Shown in pieces: positions 12,905 to 24,135 of a stretch of 51,649 nt of DNA; positions within the stretch are counted from its first letter, which is position 1; each line of letters opens with the position of its first letter. A program made the translations under genes and the position numbers. The DNA is from Octopus bimaculoides (Eukaryota). Under the pieces are notes generated by a model that saw nothing but the letters and a program-made list of their open reading frames with translations, ran no database searches and had not been told where the DNA came from. The DNA lies in the NCBI RefSeq assembly GCF_001194135.2, contig NC_068983.1:10554438-10606086 (forward strand). The letters are read 5' to 3'.

Positions 12905-13463
12905 TCATCATCATCATTAATATTATTATTATCATTATTATTATTATTACTACTATTATTATTTCTATTATTATTATTATCATCATTATTATTATCATCA
13001 TTATTATTATCATCATTATTATTATTACTATTATTATTACTATTATTATCATTACTATTATTATTATTATTATTACTATTATTATCATTACTATTATTAT
13101 CATTATTACTATTATTATTATCGTTATTATTACTATTATTATTATCGTTATTATTATTTATTATTATTATCATTATTACTATTATTATTATTATCATTAT
13201 TATTACTATTATTATCATTATTATCATTATCATTGTTATCACTATTATTATTATTACTATCATTATTATTATTACTATTATTATCATTACTATTATTATC
13301 ATTATTACTATTATTACTATTGTTATTATTATTATCATTATTACTATTATTATCATTACTATTATTATTATCATTACTATAGGTAATATTAGGACTGCTA
13401 TGACTCCTCTGGAAGGAATATGTAAATAGAGAAGAAGAGTTCTATAATAAAATTTTTTTATTT

Positions 13464-13502
<39 letters not shown>

Positions 13503-13551
13503 CTATTATTATTACTATTATTATTACTATTATTATTACTATTATTATTAC

Positions 13552-13586
<35 letters not shown>
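12905..13586. repeat. Compound (ATT/ATC/ACT)n microsatellite, two blocks
   Basis: 12905-13380 and 13465-13586. Explains the poly-I/L/N ORFs. Confidence 0.97.
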
Positions 13587-13587
<1 letters not shown>

Positions 13588-13868
13588 GGAGGTGAGCTGG
13601 CAGAATTGTTAGCACACCAGACAAAACGCTAAGTGGCAATTCCTCTGTCTTTATGTTCTGTGTTCAAATTGAACTGAGAGTGACTTTGCCCATTATCCTT
13701 TCTGGGTTGATGAAATAAAGTACAAAAGCAAAACCTATCTCAATGGGATTTGAACTTGGAATATAACGGGACATCACTAAATAACATAAAGCTTTAACTG
13801 CCTGCTCTACAAACTCTGCTAACCAATAGCCTTCACTGAATTATAATAAAAAACAACATTCAATATAC

Positions 13869-13971
13869 CTTCTAAAACTTGTGTGATGTCTTCTTTAAAT
13901 TCCCGAAACTGGAACGGTGCAAGAAATCCAAGAGAGCCAAGATGGAAAGACATTACTGGGGGTACACTTTG
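13869..13971 (-). CDS. NADK: NAD kinase exon (QSVPPVMSFHLGSLGFLAPFQFREFKEDITQVLE)
   Basis: Manual translation. VPPV..FHLGSLGFL motif. Acceptor ttcaacag, donor gtatat. 103 nt, phase 0 to 1. Confidence 0.96.
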
Positions 13972-14556
13972 CTGTTGAATAACACATTAAAATACTATAA
14001 GAATAAATTCATTACAAACGACTCAACTTATCAAGTTTATAATTTCATATTCAAATAAAGAATTCAGAAAAGCAATAGAATAACATTTAAGTGTCTGAAA
14101 CGTGTTGTTATTAATAAGATCATTGCATTGTTAAGAGGGAAAATTTTTTTTAATAAATGATAAAATGATTCATCTCTGAAAATAACAAGGGCATTAAAAA
14201 TTATAACCTCATTAACAGGTTGATAATTCATTGTTGCTACATGGAGTTTCTCGTCATGTATTCTCCATGAAGCTGAAAGACTGTATGAAGGATGCTTTAA
14301 GGTTGGAAAGAAAGTCTTATAATAGTGATAGAGTGAATCAGTTCCTTCAAGCAAACAAATAAATTATATGCATTGATTTGTACATTTTTTTTCATGTATG
14401 CATTGAGAACTTTTTTCCCTTCTTTGCATATCCAAATATATATATATAATCATAATAATAATAATATTAGGGGTAAAAATCCAAATTTACAGGTAAAAAC
14501 TCAATTAAAATCAATTTATTAAAAAATTAAAATTAAATTAAGTTTCACAGTATAAA

Positions 14557-14854
14557 ATATATATAGTTTTAGGGAAAAGAACCAAAGTTCATGAACTCAT
14601 CGATGAAAATCTACTGTCACATATAGAAAAATTAATAAGTAAAAGCACAATAAATAAGTATAATATAATACAAAGTTAATATCATAAGATAATGATAATA
14701 ATAATAATAATATAATCATTATCTTATGATATTAACTTTGTATTATATTATACTTATTTATTGTGCTTTTACTTATTAATTTTTCTATACGTGACAGTAG
14801 ATTTTCATCGATGAGTTCATGAACTTTGGTTCTTTTCCCTAAAACTATATATAT
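14557..14854. repeat. Long inverted repeat: 140-bp arms, 18-nt spacer, one mismatch
   Basis: 14557-14696 is the reverse complement of 14715-14854 except cacAtat versus cacGtat. Confidence 0.97.
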
Positions 14855-15387
14855 ATATATATATAATCATATATATATTTCTAAGATTTAAAAGGAAATA
14901 TACATTTTTTTCTCTCTTTTAATCTTTTAGCTCTTACATGGACTGTGGCCATGTTGGGGCACCACCGTGATGGCTTTAATTGAACAAATCAACTCCAGTA
15001 TTCATTCTGTAAGTTTCTTTTGCTGAACCACAAAGTTAAAGGGACATAAACAAACCAACACTAGTTGCCAAGTGGTGCTGAGGATTAAACACAAAGACAC
15101 ACACACACACAAACACGATGAACTTCCACACACTTTCTATCACTCACAGGGCAGTGGTTCGCCTAGGGCTATAGCAAAAGACACTTGCTTTATGTTTTAT
15201 GAAGTGGGCCTGAACCTGAAACCATGTGGTTACAAAGCAAGCTTCTTAACCACACAGCCATGTCTGCACCAATATATGAGAATATATTTACTTCCTAATT
15301 TTATATTACTTTTAACGTTGTTAAAGCTGATATCAACAAAGTAAATAAATATAGGGAATGTGTATGTAAAACTTAAAAAGAAAATAC

Positions 15388-15473
15388 CTGGAAAAGAGAT
15401 GCTGCATACATCAAGGTTCCATCTCCTCCTAAACATATCACAAGATCTATGCGGTCTGTTAGGTCTTCATTAT
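15388..15473 (-). CDS. NADK: NAD kinase exon with GGDGT catalytic motif (DNEDLTDRIDLVICLGGDGTLMYAASLFQ)
   Basis: Manual translation, not in the ORF track. Acceptor tttcttaaacag, donor gtattt. 86 nt, phase 1 to 0. Confidence 0.96.
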
Positions 15474-15517
15474 CTGTTTAAGAAAGAAAAAACATAACTG
15501 TAATTAAAATTTAATTT

Positions 15518-15927
15518 TTCATCATCATCGTTTAATGTCCACTTTCCATGCTAGCATGGGTTGGACGATTTGACTGAGGACTGGCGAACCAGATGGCTGC
15601 ACCAGGCTCCAATCTGATCTGGCAGAGTTTCTACAGCTGGATGCCCTTCCTAACGCCAACCACTCCAAGAGTGTAGTGGGTGCTTTTACGTGCCACTGGC
15701 ACGAAGGCCAGTCAGGCGGTACTGGCAACAGCCACGCTCGAAATGGTGTTTTTTATGTGCCACCTGCACAGGAGCCAGTCCAGCGGCACTGGCAACGATT
15801 TTGCTCGAATGACTTTTCACATGCCACCGGCACAAGTGCCAGGAAGGCAATGTTGGTAACGATCACGCTCAAATGGTGCTATTTACATGCCACTGGCACA
15901 GAAGCCAGACAACTGTTCTGGCAACGT
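15518..15927 (-). mobile_element. Family B copy ending about 45 nt upstream of a NADK 3' splice site
   Basis: catcatcatcgtttaatgtccactttccatgctagcatggg start on plus; modules follow. Confidence 0.9.
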
Positions 15928-16349
15928 TTAATATAATTAATATTGTTTCATCACTGCAAACTGGGTTTTTGGATTCTCTTATGATACAGTCTTGCCATTA
16001 ATACTTGTTAATCACAAGGACTGTAAAAAAATAAAGAAAAAAATTGGGTTAATTAGTACCATTATTTGACCGATGGCTGGATTTTTATATATTTTATAAC
16101 CGTATTACTGGCATTATCATATTACAGCAGACAGAATCATTAGCATATTGGGTGAAATGATTATCAGCATTTCTTCTGACTCTTTACATTCTGAGTTAAA
16201 GTTCTGCTGAGGTCAACTTTGCCTTTCATCCTTTCGAGGTCGATAAAATAAGTACCATTTGAATGCTGGGGGTTGATGTAATCTACTCATCCCCTCCCGC
16301 AAAACTGCTGCCCCTGTGGCAAAATTTGAAACCATTATTATGCTGAAAA

Positions 16350-16695
16350 CTAGCTCCTGTGTCGGTGGCACATAAAAAGCATCTTTCGAGTGTTGGGCCT
16401 CACAGAGGCAATGACAAATGACCAAGAATTTTGGCAATATGTAGTGCTTGAGTAGAAGACCCATCAAGTCAAGTGAGATCACATTCATGGCAGATATTGG
16501 CATCAGGCAACTGGCACATAAAAGCAACCATTATACTATCGGAGTGGTTGGCACTAGGAAGGGCATCCAATCGTAGAAACCACACCAAATCAGACTGGAG
16601 TCTGGTGCAGCTCTTCAGCTTACCAGCCCTCGTCAAACTGTCCAACCCATGCCAGCAAGGACAACAAACATTAAATAATAATGATGATGATGATA
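16350..16695 (+). mobile_element. Older family B variant retaining the RTE ORF end
   Basis: Reads RVLGLTEAMTNDQEFWQYVVL-EKTHQVK* directly upstream of the B core and (GAT)n tail. Confidence 0.7.
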
Positions 16696-17257
16696 ATTTC
16701 TGACATATATACAAGGTCACACATTTGGGGGAGGTAGGGTAGTGACAATCATATCGACAGTCATGAACTACTACATGCCCAATAATTAATTTTATTGATC
16801 CTATAAAGACAAAAGCAAAGTCTAATCCAGCAGCATTTACTACATTAATATATGTTAATTATCTTTAGAATTCCATTTAATTACAGCTATGCTTAATGAA
16901 CTTACATTATTTCACTTTTAAATTTAATTTCAGAATATGCCAAAATGAGGAATCAACTGTGACAATGATGAGTAAGGAAATTTTGCTCTTTGTAAAATAA
17001 TAAATTTGATTTACAAAAATGTATTTATCTTAAAAGCAGGTATTACATATAGGTGCAGACATGCTGTGTGGTAAGAAGTTTACTTCCCAACCATATGGTC
17101 TTGGGTTCAGTCCATTGCATGGCACCTTGGGTAAATGTCTTCTACTACAGCCCTGGGCTGATCAACATTATTACTCTATGTATTGAATAGGGTAGTAGAA
17201 GAAGGTGTATAACATATACAATGACTGTATACTGGAAAGTGTGTACAACATAAAGTA

Positions 17258-17692
17258 TCATCATCGTTTAATGTTCGCTTTCCATGCTAGCATGGGTTGG
17301 ACGATTTGACTGAGGACTGGCAAACCAGATGGCTGCACCAGGCTCCAATCTGATCTGGCAGAGTTTCTACAGCTGGATGCCCTTCCTAACGCCAACCACT
17401 CCGAGAGTGTAGTGGGTGCTTTTACGTGCCACTGGCACGAAGGTTGGTCAGGTGGTACTGGCAACGGCCACGCTTAAAATGGTGTATCTTACATGCCACC
17501 TGCACAGGAGCCAGTCCAGCGGCACTGGTAACGACCTCGCTCGAATGTCTTTTCACGTGCCAGTAAGGCAACACTGGTAACGATCACACTCAAATGGTGC
17601 TATTTACATGCCACTGGCACGGAAGCCTGACAGCTGCTCTGGCAATGATAACAATCGGATGGTGCTCTTAGTGCTCCACTGGTGCAGGTGCC
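17258..17692 (-). mobile_element. Family B copy
   Basis: High similarity to 15518-15927 and 12137-12581. Confidence 0.9.
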
Positions 17693-17927
17693 CCAACAAA
17701 GTATACAAAGTGTATATAGTATAAAGGGTGCGTACAGTATAGAGGTGCAGAGTATGGAAACACTGTAATCAGCAGAAGGTAATTTAGTGCATAGAGAGGA
17801 AGTATAGTAAAAATATAACACAAGAAACTTGAGGAGGGTGATATCAAGTACCCTTGAAGATTTGATTTCCTATGTAAATTGGTGCAGCATTGAGACATGT
17901 AGAGAAACTGCATAGCAGATCTGTCAT

Positions 17928-17961
<34 letters not shown>

Positions 17962-18382
17962 AGTGTGTGTGTGTGTGTGTGTGTGCGTGCGTGCGTGTGT
18001 GTGTGTGTGTGTTCTGAAACACCAAAGGCTTGCACCTGCCATTTGGTTTGGTTTCTAGAGATTAAACAAAATACATTACATACTGAAACATGTACTGGGG
18101 TTAATATGACTGACTAAGCTCCTTGAGGACTATGCTCCAGCATGGTCAAAGTCCAAAAATATTTACTCTTAACTTATAACGGTTGCTAATACAGGTGTGA
18201 GGCTATACTTGACAAGTGCATTGTTTTACTGAGCTCAGAAGGATACAAGATAAAAATTAGCCAAAATGGGAATTAGACTTAGAAAATAAAGGGCTTTAAT
18301 TAAACACCAAAAGGTATTTTCTCTGTCACTCTGCCAATTCTGCAAATCAACTGCTCATTAACTCATTATGAATATAATTAAG

Positions 18383-18736
18383 AACAAGAGCACTCAGAGA
18401 GCGCAAACCTCCACCAAAGCAACATCAATATCCTCTCAATGATTAGCCGGAGATGATTTTTTAAAATGAGAATGTCTGAAATAAACTCATCTGTTCTCAT
18501 GAACGAGAATACTAAAAATGAACACGACTGCTCTCAAAAATTAAGTAAAGAAACAGGAAAAATAATCCAGAATCCTTGCCCGGTACCAGATCGATCCCAA
18601 AAATTTAGTCACGAGGTCAAACTTCCCTGAAAGTTTCATCTGAATCTGTCCAGCGGTTCTTGAGATATCTTATCCATGGACAAACAAACAAACACAACTG
18701 AAAACAATACCCTCACCTTCGCTTAGGCAGAGGTAA
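18383..18736. mobile_element. pearl/DINE-1-like (Helentron-associated) non-autonomous element
   Basis: Subterminal inverted repeat acctccaccaaagc (18407-18420) and gcttaggcagaggt (18721-18734), (ACAA)n at about 18679-18698, terminal imperfect hairpin, internal core unit. Confidence 0.7.
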
Positions 18737-18852
18737 TAATAATGACGTTAATGAAAAGCATTCGATATAACCTATAAATTTTGCTTTTTGCTTGATTGTT
18801 TGTTTGCTACAGCACAAAATTACCATTTCTTACATTGTAATCCAAGGGAAAA

Positions 18853-18886
<34 letters not shown>

Positions 18887-19434
18887 CACTGACTGACACA
18901 TACATAACCACATTCAGTGACACATTAAATAAAGAAACAGGAAAAATAATCCAGAATCCTTGCCTGGTACCAGATCGATCCCAAAAATATAGTCACGAGG
19001 CCAAACATCCCTGAAAGTTTCATCCAAATCCGTCCAGCGGTTCTTGAGATATCGTAATGGTGGTAGATGTCATTTTGCTGATCAAACCAAAGAAAATGTG
19101 TTTCCAATTGTTTTTCTCAAATTGCTGATACTATCCATCAGCTGTAACTCCTGACAGAAGTGTCATGACTTTTTTGGTGAGATTTGAACTCAGGATGTAT
19201 AGAACTAAATTGGAAACCACAAGGTACCCAACACTAACAATTTTGCCAATCCACTGCCCTAAACTGATAAAATTTTTTATTCACCCTGCAAAGATGAAAG
19301 ACAGAGTTGACCTCAACAGGATTTTGATCTTCGTTGATTTGCTACCCATATAATAAAATACAATCACCAGTTATCTTCACTGTAATTACAAGAAATAAGA
19401 AAGGCAAGAAAGACAAGAAAGCAAAAAAAAGTAC

Positions 19435-19540
19435 CTTGATTGAAAGTTTGTAGATGATTTTTTATGCCGTCATATCGTTCGTCCTTGAAAAATATAGGGT
19501 TTAAAACTTTTGACTCTACAAACACCGTCAATTTTTTCTC
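19435..19540 (-). CDS. NADK: NAD kinase exon (EKKLTVFVESKVLNPIFFKDERYDGIKNHLQTFNQ)
   Basis: Inside ORF 19364..19567. Acceptor tatttccag, donor gtactt. Resembles NADK IVYVEKKVLED...FCTF. 106 nt, phase 0 to 1. Confidence 0.88.
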
Positions 19541-20027
19541 CTGGAAATATAAAAAGAAAATATTCAAATATCAATAATATTAAATCCTTGTGAGTGGATT
19601 TGTAGATGGAAACAGAAAGAAGCCCATTGTATGTGTATGTATGTGTACATGTGTGAGTATATGAACGTGAGCGTGCAACTGTGTGTTTCTCCTTATTTTG
19701 ACACTGTGTAATTGTTGTAAATGAACATCATTAATTAATTTTCTGCAGAAACATATCTGGAAATATTACCTTAACTGGAAACAGGCAAGGGTTGGCAATA
19801 AACAGGGCATTTGGTTGTAGAAAATCTGCCTCATTAAACCCTGTCTGATCAGTGCAAGCATGGAAAAGTGGATGTTAAAATGACAGTGTATTCATTACAT
19901 TCAGTGTAACTCTTATTCTAAATTACTCTGTCCTAATATAGCCTAAACTTATCTAAAGACAGGGAACTGACAGAGTTGTTAGAGCATCAGATAAAATTCC
20001 AGGAAGTATTTGTTCTGGTTCACCACA

Positions 20028-20256
20028 TCATTATCATCATCATCATCGTTTAACGTCCACTTTCCATGCTAGCATGGGCTGGACGATTTGACTGAGGACT
20101 GGTGAGCCAGATGGCTACACCAGGCTCCAATCTGATTTGGCAGAGTTTCTACAGCTGGATGCCCTTCCTAATGCCAACCACTCCAAGAGTGTAGTGGGTG
20201 CTTTTATGTGCCACTGGCACGAAGGCCGGTCAGGCGGTACTGGCAACAGCCACACT
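20028..20256 (-). mobile_element. 5'-truncated family B copy
   Basis: Tail, core and one module. Confidence 0.88.
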
Positions 20257-21221
20257 TTTAGCTAAAATCTCACCAAGGTCTTTGCCTTTCTTTTTTTTTG
20301 AGTGAAGGGTCATTAAATAAAGTACCAGTCCAGAGTGGAAGATTGGCAGAATTTGAATGTTGGACAAGATGATTTTCAACATCTAACTTGGCTCTTTGAA
20401 GTCTGAGTTCAAATTCTGTTTATCATTGACCTTCAAACTCCGGCTAACGGTGATAGAGCAACACTGTCAGGTGAGTGGTGCATTGGTCAGAGAAAAATTG
20501 CAGTTGTACATAATGTGCATGAATGTGAACCCAGCACTCTTTATCATCATCTTTGTTTTACATCTATTTTCCATGCTGGCATGGGTTGGGCAGGTCAATT
20601 CTGCTCTCTCCTGAGGGTCAGAAGACCAAATCTCACTCAAATTTAATTTCTGGTTTGGTTTTTATGGCTGAATGCCCTTCATAACACCAACCATTTTACT
20701 GGGTGCTTTTTACATGGCACCAATATTAGAGAGATTGTTATGTGTGACAAGACTGAAAACAGTCCTCACAGCCCTACACTAAAAAGAGTGTATTGACAGC
20801 ATTTTATCATGGTAACAGCACCAGAAAGGATAGGTGTGAGAGAGTGATAGATAGCAAGAGGTGGATAAACACAGAGTGAATGATGGATGAAAGTACTAAA
20901 TGGCCTATGGTGAGTATAGGTAGAGATACATGGAGGTCTGATGAGGTCTCATGAGTGTATAACTCAAGATGGTGAGAGAGCCAGGGTGATAAAAATGAGA
21001 GTAAGAGGGGTGATATGCAGGAGAGAGGGTTAGATGAGTCTTCTGGCACCACTAGTTATACTGCAAGTAATATACAATGAACTTAAGTGAGATAAATCCT
21101 AGGACCAAAATAGCTTTAATTTTTCTGCATTTTACATATATTTTCTTGATACTAATTTTGTCACAACATTTGTGCTTTGTTGTGACAATTAACTTTGATA
21201 GCTGAATGCCTTCTAAGAATT

Positions 21222-21506
21222 TCCGTGCGTGAGAAGACCCGGCAAGCCAAGTGAGATCGTTGCCAGTGTCCCTGGACTGGCTCTTGTGCGAGTGGCACAT
21301 AAGATGTACCATCCTGAGCGTGACCGTTGCCAGTACCGCCTGACTGGCCTTGTAGGGTTTTCGAGCAAGATCGTTGCCAGTGCCCCTGGACTGGCTCTTG
21401 TGCGGGTGGCACATAAAAGACACCATTTCGAGCGTGGCCGTTTTCGTGCGGGTGACACGTAAAAGCACCCACTACACTCTCTGAGTGGTTGGCATTAGGA
21501 AGGGCA
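21222..21506 (+). mobile_element. Family B copy beginning with RTE ORF end (gagaagacccggcaagccaagtga = EKTRQAK*), running into a gap
   Basis: ORF-end remnant followed by modules and the core up to N at 21507. Confidence 0.85.
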
Positions 21507-22425
21507 NNNNNNNNNNNNNNNNNNNNNNNNNNNNNNNNNNNNNNNNNNNNNNNNNNNNNNNNNNNNNNNNNNNNNNNNNNNNNNNNNNNNNNNNNNNNNN
21601 NNNNNNNNNNNNNNNNNNNNNNNNNNNNNNNNNNNNNNNNNNNNNNNNNNNNNNNNNNNNNNNNNNNNNNNNNNNNNNNNNNNNNNNNNNNNNNNNNNNN
21701 NNNNNNNNNNNNNNNNNNNNNNNNNNNNNNNNNNNNNNNNNNNNNNNNNNNNNNNNNNNNNNNNNNNNNNNNNNNNNNNNNNNNNNNNNNNNNNNNNNNN
21801 NNNNNNNNNNNNNNNNNNNNNNNNNNNNNNNNNNNNNNNNNNNNNNNNNNNNNNNNNNNNNNNNNNNNNNNNNNNNNNNNNNNNNNNNNNNNNNNNNNNN
21901 NNNNNNNNNNNNNNNNNNNNNNNNNNNNNNNNNNNNNNNNNNNNNNNNNNNNNNNNNNNNNNNNNNNNNNNNNNNNNNNNNNNNNNNNNNNNNNNNNNNN
22001 NNNNNNNNNNNNNNNNNNNNNNNNNNNNNNNNNNNNNNNNNNNNNNNNNNNNNNNNNNNNNNNNNNNNNNNNNNNNNNNNNNNNNNNNNNNNNNNNNNNN
22101 NNNNNNNNNNNNNNNNNNNNNNNNNNNNNNNNNNNNNNNNNNNNNNNNNNNNNNNNNNNNNNNNNNNNNNNNNNNNNNNNNNNNNNNNNNNNNNNNNNNN
22201 NNNNNNNNNNNNNNNNNNNNNNNNNNNNNNNNNNNNNNNNNNNNNNNNNNNNNNNNNNNNNNNNNNNNNNNNNNNNNNNNNNNNNNNNNNNNNNNNNNNN
22301 NNNNNNNNNNNNNNNNNNNNNNNNNNNNNNNNNNNNNNNNNNNNNNNNNNNNNNNNNNNNNNNNNNNNNNNNNNNNNNNNNNNNNNNNNNNNNNNNNNNN
22401 NNNNNNNNNNNNNNNNNNNNNNNNN
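21507..22425. other. Assembly gap
   Basis: Run of N. Confidence 1.
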
Positions 22426-22485
<60 letters not shown>

Positions 22486-23071
22486 ATGTTTCCAACACTT
22501 TAAAATTTTTGATCACTCTTTGATCAAAAATTAGTCTATGTTGGCATTTGATTTCTCCATAAAACAGAACAACAAATTACATTGGCCTCTAGATGTTTTG
22601 TTGTTTTCTATGGATATTAGAAGATTTCCAGAATAATTACTTTAACCCTTTAACAGTCAGATTACTCTGTCAAATGTGATGCTTAGTTTATGCACATTGT
22701 TTTCAATTAATCATACATTATCTTGTAGCTTTGTGACTTCAGTTATGTGAGTGTATATTTCTAGAATGACATTGTAGCACAGGTGTGAGAATCACATCTG
22801 GCAAAATTTGAACATAGAACAGGTAAAATATTTTTTCCATTCACCCCTTTGATACCAACCAGCCTAAGATCATCCCAGTTTTTATGACACTAAGCAGGTA
22901 AGTTCTGAAGTGTTTATATTTAAATTGTACCATTCTATAATTTTACGTATGAACTTTCTGTTAAATTATGTTCTAAACAGCAACTGAATAAAGGGAAATT
23001 TAGTTATTTTACTGAACACCTCTGAATCCTTGATTGTCAAAATTAGATCTCATCATTTATGTGTTTCAATA

Positions 23072-23454
23072 AAAATATTACGTGACGGCACCACCGTTCG
23101 AGCGTGATCGTTACCAGCGTTGCCTTCCTGGCACTTGTGCCGGTGGCACGTGAAAAGTCATTCGAGCGAGATCGTTGCCAGTGCCGCTGGACTGGCTCCT
23201 GTGCAGGTGGCACGTAAAATACACCATTTGGAGCGTGGCCGTTGCCAGTACCGCCTGACTGGCCTTCGTGCCGGTGGCACGTAAAAGCACCCACTACACT
23301 CTCGGAGTGGTTGGCGTTAGGAAGGGCATCCAGCTGTAGAAACTTTGCCAGATCAGATTGGAGCCTGGTATAGCCATCTGGTTTGCCAGTCCCCAGTCAA
23401 ATTGTCCAACCCATGATAGCATGGAAAGCGGACGTTAAACAACGATGATGATGG
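23072..23454 (+). mobile_element. Family B copy (three modules)
   Basis: Best-preserved pseudoknot modules at 23200-23225 and 23267-23291. Confidence 0.92.
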
Positions 23455-24084
23455 TCACATCCCTCTTTTTCAGGTTCATACAAAAAAAAAGAACCTAAAC
23501 CAAATGCCTTTTGAATTCTTTGCAGCATTTAAAAATATCAAACTTTTCTATGAACACCTTCTATGGACCAACTGTTACCATTTTTATTTTATTGAAGTAA
23601 TTTGTTTTTTGCAGCTGGATATAAATAACTCATCTGCTGTTTTTATTGCTATTGTTTTGAGAGGATTGCAGTTCCAAGGCAAGGGTAGAGGCAGCAATAA
23701 AGGAAAAAAATAAAAAAGGACTTGGACATTTCAGTCAAGTGCTGAGTGTAGAGGGAGATGGAGAGAGGGTGGATGAAAGGAATACAAAACAATTTCAGGC
23801 CCATTTACACTGTTTGAAGATGTTCATTCAGTTAGAGTCAGAAGAGACTATCTACAGTAGTAGTAGTAGTAGCAGAAAGAGGAGGAAAGACTAATTACAT
23901 TGAGCATGATTAGATGGGAGTGACATACATAGTATTGCTGTTGGTGGTGTGTCCTAGGTCAATTCTAATCTATGATTAAAGGTGTTCCAGCCATGACTAT
24001 CTCATCTTTTTCCTTCCCAACTTGCTATAATATCGCAAGAACTAGATAATCCAATGTCCCTTTATCCAAGTAGGGTGTGATGTA

Positions 24085-24135
<51 letters not shown>

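Noticed and set aside
14805-14826. Possible hammerhead ribozyme cores (cGATGAGttcatGAAC here; CTGATGA at 7485, 20938, 29501, 34923 and 39010)
   Set aside because: None has CUGANGA, a stem II, GAAA and stems I/III in proper arrangement.
21161-22534. 200-450 aa ORFs spanning N runs (also around 33521-34618, 41374-42086 and 43443-44551)
   Set aside because: Artefacts of assembly gaps translated as X.
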